In this document: positions 9,791-19,698 of the stretch, one piece after another
Layout of the letters: each line of letters starts with the position of its first letter
Position numbering within the stretch: position 1 is the first letter of the stretch
From: Candidatus Thorarchaeota archaeon
GTDB lineage: Archaea; Asgardarchaeota; Thorarchaeia; Thorarchaeales; Thorarchaeaceae
Direction: 5' to 3'
DNA: 52,030 nt
Assembly (NCBI GenBank): GCA_011364905.1
Contig: RDNZ01000010.1
Coordinates: 1 to 52,030 of the forward strand
Program-made: the position numbers and the translations under genes
The notes under the pieces: model-generated
Database searches by the model: none
Seen by the model: the letters and a program-made list of their open reading frames with translations, nothing else
What the model was told of the DNA's origin: nothing

Positions 9791-9858
9791 TTTGAACCAC
9801 TCCTGAATTGTAAGATAATATCAGCAAGTACGTATCTTTCTAAGATATACATTTGGCG

Positions 9859-9880
9859 TATAATACTCATGAGTGTTATA
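9859..9880. promoter_or_regulatory. 22-bp palindrome upstream of the Zn-ribbon gene (candidate operator)
   Basis: TATAA-T-ACTCATGAGT-G-TTATA, one mismatched pair; core shared with 13483-13496. Confidence 0.5.
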
Positions 9881-10036
9881 TCGTGATATCCGATAAAAAC
9901 GGACCAATTCTCTTATAGACATTCGATGAATCCTATATGGATTAGGAAGAAAGAACCATTAGAAATGCACGAGAGACAATGGCGAAGTAAGCCATTGCCT
10001 CAAATAGAAACGACTAGACTAGTTTCCACTCTTGTC

Positions 10037-11278
10037 CTAGAGATATGCATCTTCGCCCAGCTGATCTTCGTCAAGGGAACTCTCTTCTACGTCTGTCACT
10101 CTGACGGGAGTCACCTTATTGATTAGCACGAGCATAACATAGGTGAACGCGAAAGCCCATACCATTGCCAACACAACGGCCGCTACCTGCATGCCAAAGA
10201 AGGCAAAACCACCAGCAAGAAGACCTTGAGCGCCTGCTGCATTGACCGATGTAGTTGCGAATACCCCCAGAAGGATCACACCGGTTCCACCGCCTATGCC
10301 ATGCACACCCCAGACATCTAGTGCGTCATCCCATTGTCGCTTGTTCTTGAACGAGATAGCAGCATAGCATATGATTCCTGCCAAGATACCAATAATAAAC
10401 GCTGCACCAGGGGTAACGTACCCTGCAGCAGGGGTGATAGTTGCAAGACCTGCAACTGCACCGGTCAAGAATCCAACAAACTTTGGTTTCTTCTCAAGAA
10501 CCCAAGCAAGTGCGAGCCATGTAGCTCCTGCTACAGAAGCGGCAACGTCCGTGTTGATGAAGGCAAGCCCAGTCACGGCGTTCACTGCTAGCTCGCTTCC
10601 TGCATTGAAACCATACCAGCCAAACCACAGTAGTCCTGTTCCCAGAGCAACTAGTGGAATGCTGTGTGGGCCCCTATCCTTAATTGTTCGTGGTCCAACA
10701 AAGAAGACTGACGCCAAAGCGGCGAAACCTGCTATGCAATGAACAACGATTCCGCCAGCAAAGTCTCGAACCCCAAGCTGATAAAGTAGTCCGTCACCCC
10801 AGATCATGTGAACAAATGGGAAGTATACAAAGAACATCCAAGCTATCAGGAAGATGAGATATGCCTTGAAGTCTACTCTGTTGGCAAAAGCTCCTGTTAT
10901 CAATGCAGGCGTGATTATTGCAAACATCATTTGGTATGCGATAAACACAAATTCAGGGATCTGACCATTCCCCGTAAAGACAGCCGTTGGAGCGACACCG
11001 TTCAAGAACGCTTTGTCCAAATTTCCTATGATTCCGTAGGTATCTCCACTAAAACAAAGTGAGTAACCTGCGATGAACCATATGATAGTCACCACGGACA
11101 GAGAAACAAAGCTCTGAATCATTATTGTTAGAACATTTTTCCGACCCACCAACCCACCATAGAAAAAGGCAAGCCCAGGAGTCATAAGCATTACAAGACT
11201 CGTTGCCAGAAGCATGAATCCAGTATTGCCAGTGTCGAACTGCAAAATCTGCAGTATCGCTTGTTCATACCCTATCAC
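10037..11278 (-). CDS. amtB: Ammonium transporter
   Basis: MTPGLAFFYGG, YQMMFAIITPAL, DFAGGIVVH, LWFGWYGFNAGS, DDALDVWGVHG. Confidence 0.97.
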   Translation of the reverse strand: MIGYEQAILQILQFDTGNTGFMLLATSLVMLMTPGLAFFYGGLVGRKNVLTIMIQSFVSLSVVTIIWFIAGYSLCFSGDTYGIIGNLDKAFLNGVAPTAVFTGNGQIPEFVFIAYQMMFAIITPALITGAFANRVDFKAYLIFLIAWMFFVYFPFVHMIWGDGLLYQLGVRDFAGGIVVHCIAGFAALASVFFVGPRTIKDRGPHSIPLVALGTGLLWFGWYGFNAGSELAVNAVTGLAFINTDVAASVAGATWLALAWVLEKKPKFVGFLTGAVAGLATITPAAGYVTPGAAFIIGILAGIICYAAISFKNKRQWDDALDVWGVHGIGGGTGVILLGVFATTSVNAAGAQGLLAGGFAFFGMQVAAVVLAMVWAFAFTYVMLVLINKVTPVRVTDVEESSLDEDQLGEDAYL

Positions 11279-11494
11279 AATTTACACCAGCAAGAAAGTT
11301 TGAGAAAAACACAGACCTCCCCCCCATTTAGATGTTCATGTATGGCGAGGAAATAGATGCGATTGCGTATCATAAAGAGGCACAAAGAAGGCAAAAGATA
11401 CCTCACCGTCTCAATTTGCCCAAACCCATCTAGTCTGCATATAGAACTAGATTATATAGGTGAGATGACACTCACTTTCTTGGTCGTCGAGAGG

Positions 11495-12751
11495 ATGGTC
11501 CCGCAGGAGACTGAAGCTAAGCTTTCCAGCAGATGGAAAAATAGTCAATTCATCCGTTTCTTTGGTCCAGCGCTTGTTGTGAGTGTTGCCTATGTCGATC
11601 CCGGTAACTTTGGGACTGCAATTGCATCCGGAGCAGTCTACGGATACGAGCTCCTCTGGGCTGTCTGGTTTGCCAGTATAATGGCAATGTTGCTGCAGTA
11701 CCTCTCAGGCAAAATTGGAATTGCAACAGGCCAAAGCATGCCTGAATTGGTGCGTGAGAAACTGAAGTCGAATTCGAAAGTTGTCGCATACTGGCTTTCA
11801 TCGGAACTATTCGCCATAGCCACAGATTTGGCAGAGTTCCTTGGCGTCGCTCTCGCGCTTCACCTACTTTTTGGAATTCACTTACTGTTGGCTGCGGCTA
11901 TCGCATCTTTTGATGTTGTGATCATTTTCCTTCTGGCTGGAAAACGCTTTAGACGTGTTGAGATGCTTATTGGGGTTCTTGTTTCAATCATAGGAGTTGG
12001 TTATGTCTATGAATTATTCATTACACAACCTAACTTGGCGTCTATTGCCTTCCACAGTGTTACGCCGATTCTAACTCGGGACGCTGTGCCCCTAGTCGTT
12101 GGGATAATAGGTGCAACAGTAATGCCTCATGCTTTGGCAGTACATTCGTGGCTAACAAAGAACAAGTTGACCAAAGGTGACCAAGAAGAGAAACATAGAC
12201 TTCTGAGGTATCATAAGATCGATAATGTTCTAAACCTGTCAATTGCTGGATTTGTAAACGCTGCAATCTTGATCATGGCTGCTGCAGCCTTTAGTGGCAG
12301 TTCAGTTGGCACAGTCGAAGAGGCATACTACACACTTGCGCCACTCTTTGGCATGTTCGCAAGTGTAGTATTCGGGATAACCCTCCTCGCATCTGGAATT
12401 TCGTCTTCGATGACAGGTGTGTTGGCTGGCCAGGCATTGATGGAGGGCCTCTTAGGAAGACGTATCCACCCCTGGTTGAGAAGAATAGTTGTGCGTGGAA
12501 TCAATGTTGTGCCAACCATGATTGCTATTTATTTGGGATTCAACGCCTTGGACTTGCTTGTTTATAGTCAGATTATTCTGAGTCTGTTGATACCGGTTCC
12601 GTTGATACCAATCATCTATTTGACAAGTAAAAGGAACATAATGGGACCATTCGTCAACCGACGCGTCACAACTGCTCTTTCTCTTGTGTTTGCAACTTTA
12701 ATCCTGGTTTTCAATGCGTATTTCCTAATACAAACAATCCTTCTACTATGA
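11495..12751 (+). CDS. mntH: Nramp-family divalent metal (Mn2+) transporter
   Basis: AYVDPGNF, GATVMPHAL, TGVLAGQALMEG. ATG 11495 chosen as start. Confidence 0.95.
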   Translation: MVPQETEAKLSSRWKNSQFIRFFGPALVVSVAYVDPGNFGTAIASGAVYGYELLWAVWFASIMAMLLQYLSGKIGIATGQSMPELVREKLKSNSKVVAYWLSSELFAIATDLAEFLGVALALHLLFGIHLLLAAAIASFDVVIIFLLAGKRFRRVEMLIGVLVSIIGVGYVYELFITQPNLASIAFHSVTPILTRDAVPLVVGIIGATVMPHALAVHSWLTKNKLTKGDQEEKHRLLRYHKIDNVLNLSIAGFVNAAILIMAAAAFSGSSVGTVEEAYYTLAPLFGMFASVVFGITLLASGISSSMTGVLAGQALMEGLLGRRIHPWLRRIVVRGINVVPTMIAIYLGFNALDLLVYSQIILSLLIPVPLIPIIYLTSKRNIMGPFVNRRVTTALSLVFATLILVFNAYFLIQTILLL

Positions 12752-12844
12752 TCGAGTGTCAAAGAGAAGAAATAGGCAAAAGAACAACGGATGATGTCTA
12801 CGTTTGGGTAACTCAGAGCTCTGTTAGATCATTTGCCTCCGATA

Positions 12845-13450
12845 TTATTTCCTTAATCGAGGGAAGAAGCGACCAGTTCTCTTCATATACTCAGAGTATT
12901 CTTCGCCAAATGTTTCTAGCAGCATCTGCTCTTCCTTCCTCGCTATGAATGGAAAAGGGATGATAAGAAGCACTGCAAAGCCTATGACCAGCAGGTTAGC
13001 AGTCAATAGCGACACGCCAAAAGAAAACGCGCTGAGTACTGTGTACATTGGATGACGAACACTAGCATACGGTCCGTCTGTGATTAGTAAGTGGCTTTCT
13101 TTGATCTGTAGACAAGGTGAGTATTGACGATCCAGTGTTTTGTGAATCCACCAAAGAAATGGTACGCTTACCAATCCTAGCAGGAAACCAATCCAGTGTG
13201 CAAATGCAGGATAATCTGGGATCTGAGACCATGCAAACCACGGCGGATTAAGAAGGTATAGAATGATTGAGACAAAGTAGCCAAGAACTGCAATGCTGAC
13301 AACCACCTCAGCTTTACCAAATGCCTTTCGTTCTTGGACTGCAGCTGGCTCATCGCGTTTTGGCTTAGCAAATCGATAGTAACCTCTGACAACAAAGAAT
13401 AGCGCGTAAAGAGCGACAAAGAGAACCCTGTAGAAAATCGCATCAGCCAT
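12845..13450 (-). CDS. Isoprenylcysteine carboxyl methyltransferase (ICMT/PEMT)-family membrane protein
   Basis: HLLITDGPYASVRHPMY, EEQMLLETFGEEYSEYMKRTGRFFP. Confidence 0.88.
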   Translation of the reverse strand: MADAIFYRVLFVALYALFFVVRGYYRFAKPKRDEPAAVQERKAFGKAEVVVSIAVLGYFVSIILYLLNPPWFAWSQIPDYPAFAHWIGFLLGLVSVPFLWWIHKTLDRQYSPCLQIKESHLLITDGPYASVRHPMYTVLSAFSFGVSLLTANLLVIGFAVLLIIPFPFIARKEEQMLLETFGEEYSEYMKRTGRFFPRLRK

Positions 13451-13482
13451 GAATTTGCACATCCTATGAGTGATAATAATCC

Positions 13483-13516
13483 ATACTCATGAGTCAAAAT
13501 AAATACTAATAAGTCA
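13483..13516. promoter_or_regulatory. Tandem operator pair between the divergent ICMT-family and TetR genes
   Basis: ATACTCATGAGTCA (13483-13496) and ATACTAATAAGTCA (13503-13516), 12/14 identical, starts 20 bp apart, palindromic core. Confidence 0.6.
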
Positions 13517-13574
13517 TTTTAACCTTGTCAGTTACGCAATGTTCCGCTCAATTGACCAAGGAGAATGAAATGAG

Positions 13575-14171
13575 ATGCCAAAGGTAGTGCCTGAGTACAA
13601 GGAGAAAGCGATGAGAACCATAATCGAAGCTGGTGCATATGCATTCACCGAGAAGGGATACCATCAAACAAAGATGGATGACATTGCAAAAAAGGTGGGT
13701 GTCAGCAAGGGAGCGATTTATCAATATTTCAAGAGCAAGGAGCAGCTCTTTTTCGAGGTCATAGAATTCATTTTGGAATCTCAGAAGGATGAGGTGATGT
13801 CAATCATACTTTCCAATGACCTTATGAGAATCGCTTCAGCGGAATTTTTCGAAACGAAGATTGAACGGGTTAGTCAAACACGCGCCTTTGGACTTGATCT
13901 TTTCATTGAAGCTTCCAGAAATGATGCATTTAGAGAAAGAATAACTGAAATCTATCAGAAAAGCTATGATGAGCTCATAGAGCACGCAAAAGACCTGAAG
14001 AAGAAAGGGATTATCAAGAAAAATGCGGATGTAGGTATTATCTGGAGAGGCATCGTTGCTTTACGTGATGGTCTCCTCAGCTCTGTAAGTTTTGGAGCAG
14101 ACGTATCAGATGCGAAGAAGACTTGGGAGGAAGTGACCACTATACTTCTCAAAGAAATCCTTGTTGAATAG
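13575..14171 (+). CDS. TetR/AcrR-family transcriptional regulator
   Basis: FTEKGYHQTKMDDIAKKVGVSKGAIYQYFKSKEQLF HTH. Confidence 0.95.
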   Translation: MPKVVPEYKEKAMRTIIEAGAYAFTEKGYHQTKMDDIAKKVGVSKGAIYQYFKSKEQLFFEVIEFILESQKDEVMSIILSNDLMRIASAEFFETKIERVSQTRAFGLDLFIEASRNDAFRERITEIYQKSYDELIEHAKDLKKKGIIKKNADVGIIWRGIVALRDGLLSSVSFGADVSDAKKTWEEVTTILLKEILVE

Positions 14172-14396
14172 TAAGGCGGATGAAATGACTACATCATCTG
14201 GGATTAATGAGTTCAGCTTCCGACGACCAAGGTGAAAAGAGGCGGAGATTGCGGAAATATCCGTTCGCAGCGAGATTTGAGGCATAGACCTAATCCGTAC
14301 TTAAGTAGACCTGTAAAGAACCATATCCTTTTCAGAACTGAAACATTGCGCTAGTGGTATTCATCTTCAACGGAAGTCAACTCTGGAGGCGATGAT

Positions 14397-15323
14397 ATGA
14401 GCATAGTCAGATGTCCATTCAATTTCGATAGAGACCTAGATAGAGTGCGTGAGTTCCTGTTAGAAGTCTACAATTCTGCAGGGGCGCTACATTACCTAGT
14501 TCCAACGAAGATTGAGAACCAGAAATACGGACCATGTGGCAACGACTACTCTCCCAAGGACGACGAAGCAATTAAGATCTGGAAACAATCCGGCAAAGAC
14601 CGCGCTGATATCGTTGCAGTGTCTCATCGTGGCTCATCAGCAAACTACCACATTGAGATTCACCCTGACTACAAAGACCTAGAGCGGGAGCTGTTTCTAG
14701 AGATTGAGAAACTCGAGAGCAGCATTTCACCAGAGCCGAATGCTCGAATGTATATGTATACAGTTGGACCCGATTCTGAGAGAGCCTCGATCTTGACAGA
14801 CATGGGTTACGAAGATTATGGTCTTCACGAATACAACTACCGGGGCCCCCATGACAAACCAACCCCTAGAAATCCTCCACCAGATGGATTCACATTAAGA
14901 GGGCTTGAGGGCGAGGAAGATTATCCTGACTTTATCAAGGTGGTTGGATCGGTCTATGACCACTGCCGCCAATACATGACTCTCCAGAAAATGAAATTCA
15001 TGACACAGGCAGAGTTCTATCATAGAGACCTCAACCTAGTAATGATTAATCATGATGGTAGTTTTGTTGGGTTCTGTATGTATCGTTTAGATCCGTTGAC
15101 AAGAATCGCAGAGATGGAAGCACTCGGAGTCCACCCCGATTTCGAGGGTTGGGGATTGGAGAGCGCCTTGCTCACAGAGGGATTGAGGAGGCTGATGACG
15201 TATCAACCGAATTTCGTTTGCGCAGTTGAGATTGATGTGTCAGAGCAATTGAATCAATTTCTTGAATCAGCGGGCTTTGTTAGAAGTGTGACCATGAATC
15301 AGTGGGGTAGGTTGATTAACTAA
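14397..15323 (+). CDS. GNAT-family N-acetyltransferase (tandem GNAT)
   Basis: C-terminal EMEALGVHPDFEGWGLESALL and FLESAGF; N-terminal IEIHPDY / MGYED half. Confidence 0.8.
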   Translation: MSIVRCPFNFDRDLDRVREFLLEVYNSAGALHYLVPTKIENQKYGPCGNDYSPKDDEAIKIWKQSGKDRADIVAVSHRGSSANYHIEIHPDYKDLERELFLEIEKLESSISPEPNARMYMYTVGPDSERASILTDMGYEDYGLHEYNYRGPHDKPTPRNPPPDGFTLRGLEGEEDYPDFIKVVGSVYDHCRQYMTLQKMKFMTQAEFYHRDLNLVMINHDGSFVGFCMYRLDPLTRIAEMEALGVHPDFEGWGLESALLTEGLRRLMTYQPNFVCAVEIDVSEQLNQFLESAGFVRSVTMNQWGRLIN

Positions 15324-15407
15324 TCAGTGAGTATTTGTCAATACTTAAAGTCCATAAAATAGCCAAGATTTTATCTAGAGTAAGTGGAAAGACGCTGTCA
15401 TTAAGAC

Positions 15408-15593
15408 TTACTCAATTTCTTCTTGTCGTCCTAAGTCCATTTCGAAATCAGGATACTTTGACTTCTTATTCTTCTTCTTTTCGGAGGTCTTAACTTGGTC
15501 TTTACTAAATGCAAAATAAAGACCGACAATAATAATGGCAAATATGACTGCAGGTATATACTGGAAGAAATAGTCAAGCCATTCAATTTGCAA
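15408..15593 (-). CDS. Small single-pass membrane protein
   Basis: 61 aa, one TM followed by a Lys-rich tail; TTG start after a GGGGA RBS-like run. Confidence 0.5.
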   Translation of the reverse strand: MQIEWLDYFFQYIPAVIFAIIIVGLYFAFSKDQVKTSEKKKNKKSKYPDFEMDLGRQEEIE

Positions 15594-15786
15594 TGGTAAC
15601 GTGTCAATCCCCCTGATAATACCATTTCACAACCAAATAAACTCTATTCTCCTGTTGAGTAACTAGTAATAATGGCAGGAAAAATCGGAATTCAGAATCA
15701 ATCAGTATAGCAGCATTGCTGCTCCAGTCTAATACCTACGACAAGAAATATACAGAGATTGCTCGTCTTATTTTTTGGTAATCAGT

Positions 15787-16488
15787 ATGTCCGGTCTTCA
15801 TTCTTTTGGTGAGAATATCTGGATTGTTGAAGGGCCTTTGGTCCGTGATATGCGCGCGTGGTTCACAACACGAATGACTATAGTGAAGCTTAGTAGTGGA
15901 TCGGTGTGGATAGAATCACCGGTACCTGCATCACCCGACACCATGGAAAGCATAGCAGAGATAGGACCTGTCAAATATCTTGTTGCAGCAACAATGCGGC
16001 ACGTTTGGAGATTGGATAACGCCCGTACGCAGTTTCCAGACGCACAATTGTGGGTCTGTCGACGGACCCGTCTTACATTGCAGCATGGTGAACTGCCAAT
16101 TACAGGTATCTTGACAGATACACCTCCACCGGATTGGGCGGATGACTTTGAACAGCTTGAATTCAAGGGCAACCGATTTTCATCAGAAGTTCTATTCTAT
16201 CACAAAAAATCACATACAGTTATCATAGGCGATCTCATCGCATCAAATAAGAAAATCAAAGGAAAGCCGCTATCCAATTTTATTTTCAGACTCGGAGGAG
16301 TGTTATATCCCAAGGGAGGTGTAAGTCGAGACATCAGGATGTCTTTCAGGGACCGCGATTTGGCTCGACAATCACTAGAAACACTCCTCTCGTGGGACTT
16401 TGACAGATTGATTATTGCCCACGGTGACTGCATTGAGACCGGTGCAAAGTCCTATGTAGAGGAGAAATTCCAGTGGCTTAATCATTAG
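15787..16488 (+). CDS. DUF4336-family protein (metallo-beta-lactamase-like fold)
   Basis: TRMTIVKL...SPV, GPVKYLVA, EVLFYHKKSHTVIIGDL, WDFDRLIIAHG. Confidence 0.85.
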   Translation: MSGLHSFGENIWIVEGPLVRDMRAWFTTRMTIVKLSSGSVWIESPVPASPDTMESIAEIGPVKYLVAATMRHVWRLDNARTQFPDAQLWVCRRTRLTLQHGELPITGILTDTPPPDWADDFEQLEFKGNRFSSEVLFYHKKSHTVIIGDLIASNKKIKGKPLSNFIFRLGGVLYPKGGVSRDIRMSFRDRDLARQSLETLLSWDFDRLIIAHGDCIETGAKSYVEEKFQWLNH

Positions 16489-16579
16489 TAGAAACTAGAT
16501 GGAAAACCGCACGTCGGCAGATAGTACAGGCACATTGTTTGAAAGCGCACACATCAGTTGTGTCAATTAAAACAGAAGT

Positions 16580-16603
16580 GTTGGTGGCGGTCTAGCCACC
16601 AAC
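16580..16603 (-). terminator. Stem-loop between convergent genes
   Basis: GTTGGTGGC-GGTCTA-GCCACCAAC perfect 9-bp stem; U-rich run follows on the minus strand. Confidence 0.65.
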
Positions 16604-16621
16604 TGCAAGCGCAATAAAGGA

Positions 16622-18940
16622 CTACCCCTTTCTCATTTTGACAAGACAGCCAAAGAACAGTATTGCAACCACTATGCCGCCAGCTATTAGAAGCATTGTC
16701 CGATCAACGGGCTCATATGTAGATGTGGTGGTAGGTGAAGTTGTTGTCGTTGGGGATGTTGATGTAGTTGTTGATACAGGTGAAACAGTGACTCTGAAGA
16801 TCTGAAACACCTCATTCCCAAATGTGTCCCAGACACTGACATTCAGGTAATAATCCCCAGCGAGCAGAGTCGTCACATTTGTGATCAGACCGGTTGAGTC
16901 GATGGCAAAGTTTACTGTGTCATTAACTGCATAGCCACCAATACCTGATACGTCTGAAGCGCCAATCTGGTAACTGAACACTTCGGCTTCAGTTATTTCC
17001 TGATTTGTTGGTAATACTGTCCACTCGGGACCTGTTGTGTCCACACGTTTGAAGTTGATATCATCAAATATGATGGATATTGACGCCACATTTTCAGCAT
17101 AGGCATAGAGGAGGATATTCGTGATATTCCAATTTGCCTCTCCAAACACTGCAGACATGTCTTCCCAAGGATTACGTACAAGGTTCAACCAGGTTCCAGT
17201 AGTGCTGTAATCGGACGCATAGTATCGAGCAATAGAACTTGTATTCATGGTGGCTGGAAATGCTTCCCCTCCAAGATAGTACTCTAGGTGATAATCATTG
17301 TCAAACAAGAAATCAACTCTTGAGTAGCAATGGTACGAGCCAGAGTTAACAACTGAATTGATGCGATACCAAAACGATGTGTAAATATCGCTGTCGAGCT
17401 GCAGAAAGGTGTCGCGATAGAAACCAGACACTGCGTAACTTGTCACATCAAGCACTCCAGCCCAATCGCCACTGTGTGAAACATCTGTTCGATTCTGCCA
17501 GGGATACGCATTTCCAGTATGGTCCCAACCTGTGCAGACTTGTCCAACATTCCAGTACCAATCTTGCTCGAATCCGGGATCGTGAGATGGATAGTCCATG
17601 AAGCTAAACGCATCCAAGAGGAGTGAAACATAGGACCCTGCACTTTGTCCGCTACTGATATAGAACTCAAAACTATCGATAGCCACATTCACTATGTTCA
17701 ACTCATCAAAGATGTTAGTCAAGTTGATCTTCTGATGTCGCCATGTGCCACGGCTACCGAAGTCATCAGCCAACATGTAGAAAGTATCACTTGTGTTTGT
17801 GAATGTCACATCATCTTGATATCGTCCAAGATACCAGTAGAAGTAATACTGCTGTGTTGTGTTCATTGCATGAAGGTAGAAGTATGCAAGTTGGTCAATG
17901 TCTGCTGATGGTGCATCATCATATTTCCAATCAAAATCTATCACTCCCGTTCTCCCATCAGCCACGAAGTAACCTTCGGGATACCCAATACTCTTTCTTA
18001 CAGTCACATCAGATTCATCAGAATCCAACTGAGCGTAGGAATTCATGTTGACGGAGGTTGATCCTTCAGTAGCATCGCTTGACAATAACGCATAACTCGG
18101 GCTAGAGTGATAGTCTGCAAATCCACTTGCTGGTCCAACCTCAAAATCGCCATTTGTAATGAACTCATACCCTGTGGAATTTTGCATTGATATATCATCG
18201 AAGACGAAATCTGATGGGGTGTCCACTCCAGCAGGAGACCACACTGTAAAGCCAGTACTGAGAACATATAGGTTAGAATCAACCGATCCAAAGAGGGCTT
18301 CATAATCACTAGTTATGTTTCTGTTAAAGTTTACCCATGCATTGGTTGAGCTATTCAGAAGTATGTTCTTCAGATATGTTCCGTTGCCAGGATTGTAACT
18401 ATCTCTATGAGACACCAAGTAGTTTACTGTGCGGGTAAGAATATTATTGTAAATTACTACCTCGAACTTAATTGATGCATCAAACACTGATGATGTCAAG
18501 GGAATTGAATCAATGTAGAAGAAGAAATCCACTATCATGTTCTGTTCTAAATAAGGTCTAGGAACAACCGAGTGATAATCGGCGTATTGTGCACTACCAT
18601 AGAACTGAGAACTTCCCTCAGCAAAAAGACGACCTGCTTTTAGACCTGAATGTGATATATCTTGGTAAGATCCATTTTGCACAACCGTTCCACAACCAAC
18701 TTCAATCCAGTCATCAGGTCCACCATTTGCATCAGTATCTTCAAACCCTCCATTACGTACAACATTAGTAATCAGAGGGTCGTTTCCCCAAATGTCTGAA
18801 ACTGCGGAGTGCGGTTCAAAGACATCTATGTAGCTACTCTCTCTTGTATCTTCATTAGATTGAGAGCTTGTTGTTGGGATTGCTACTGGTAGTAGCAAAA
18901 TGACGACAAAGAATGCGAAGAACAGGCATTTGGACTTCAT
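16622..18940 (-). CDS. Large membrane-anchored surface protein: three CBM-like domains plus an Ig/cadherin-like domain
   Basis: Signal peptide; NGGFED / NGDFE / DPGFEQ repeats, each with a W..F/L.RN-like element; DTTGPEW...FAIDSTGLIT cadherin-like segment; Thr stalk, TM, KMRKG. Confidence 0.8.
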   Translation of the reverse strand: MKSKCLFFAFFVVILLLPVAIPTTSSQSNEDTRESSYIDVFEPHSAVSDIWGNDPLITNVVRNGGFEDTDANGGPDDWIEVGCGTVVQNGSYQDISHSGLKAGRLFAEGSSQFYGSAQYADYHSVVPRPYLEQNMIVDFFFYIDSIPLTSSVFDASIKFEVVIYNNILTRTVNYLVSHRDSYNPGNGTYLKNILLNSSTNAWVNFNRNITSDYEALFGSVDSNLYVLSTGFTVWSPAGVDTPSDFVFDDISMQNSTGYEFITNGDFEVGPASGFADYHSSPSYALLSSDATEGSTSVNMNSYAQLDSDESDVTVRKSIGYPEGYFVADGRTGVIDFDWKYDDAPSADIDQLAYFYLHAMNTTQQYYFYWYLGRYQDDVTFTNTSDTFYMLADDFGSRGTWRHQKINLTNIFDELNIVNVAIDSFEFYISSGQSAGSYVSLLLDAFSFMDYPSHDPGFEQDWYWNVGQVCTGWDHTGNAYPWQNRTDVSHSGDWAGVLDVTSYAVSGFYRDTFLQLDSDIYTSFWYRINSVVNSGSYHCYSRVDFLFDNDYHLEYYLGGEAFPATMNTSSIARYYASDYSTTGTWLNLVRNPWEDMSAVFGEANWNITNILLYAYAENVASISIIFDDINFKRVDTTGPEWTVLPTNQEITEAEVFSYQIGASDVSGIGGYAVNDTVNFAIDSTGLITNVTTLLAGDYYLNVSVWDTFGNEVFQIFRVTVSPVSTTTSTSPTTTTSPTTTSTYEPVDRTMLLIAGGIVVAILFFGCLVKMRKG

Positions 18941-19055
18941 TTGAATCAGCTTCCATATATACGGGAGTTAGATTCTAAAATCCTCCAAAATAGATTGAAA
19001 AAGCTTGTTTGGATACCTATGCGGAAATTGGATGAATTAGATGCTCAGTTTATCG

Positions 19056-19670
19056 TCATAGATTCCTACTGGTTTCCAGAAATGACATGATGAAAGAACA
19101 CCATTTATCCTGCAGTTTGAGATATGCTGGATCTCGTGCAACCATAACGTCTCTCATTAGTCGCGATGCATCTTCTTGTTGGTGAGTCGACAAGCTGTTC
19201 CAGAACTCTGAATTAGTAATTGTGAGTTCAGAGCTGATTTGATTATCCCGTTCGATTAATTCTTGAAGCAAGGTCAGTGCTTCGTCCATTCTTGTCTCAG
19301 GAACACTGACTCCATAAGCTTCAAGACCCGATATCATGTTGCGGAGTCTATCCTTGGCAAAGGTCCGCATCGCACTGTCTGTCTTGATCATGTCTGCAAT
19401 TCCAAGACGGTATTCTCTCGCTGTTGCCCGGTAGAAACGCTGGACTATTCCAGTTGTTGTCTTTTCAGTCCGAACCTGCTGGACCAGACCAACACTCTTT
19501 AGCCGTTCTATGTGGCGCAATACATTTCCCGGATTCTTCCCTATGGCATCTGCTAGCTGCTTCACTGTCATCTCTTCATTGACAAGGTATTTGAAAACAA
19601 TGAGGGCGCGAATCTTGTCAAAGAGAACTTTGATAGTGTTTGGATCTGAAATTATCTCTAGATCTTTCAT
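19056..19670 (-). CDS. ArsR-like winged-helix transcriptional regulator
   Basis: IKVLFDKIR...MTVKQLADAIGKNPGNVLRHIERLKSVGLV...RFYRATA. Start is ATG 19670 or 19697. Confidence 0.88.
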   Translation of the reverse strand: MKDLEIISDPNTIKVLFDKIRALIVFKYLVNEEMTVKQLADAIGKNPGNVLRHIERLKSVGLVQQVRTEKTTTGIVQRFYRATAREYRLGIADMIKTDSAMRTFAKDRLRNMISGLEAYGVSVPETRMDEALTLLQELIERDNQISSELTITNSEFWNSLSTHQQEDASRLMRDVMVARDPAYLKLQDKWCSFIMSFLETSRNL

Positions 19671-19698
19671 CTTATGAGGCACTTCCGAAGAATTCATT

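Noticed and set aside
9102-9806. 234-aa Ser-rich plus-strand ORF
   Set aside because: Antisense shadow of the Glu-rich Zn-ribbon gene.
11319-11325. C7 run between amtB and mntH as a phase-variation tract
   Set aside because: Too short and without supporting evidence.
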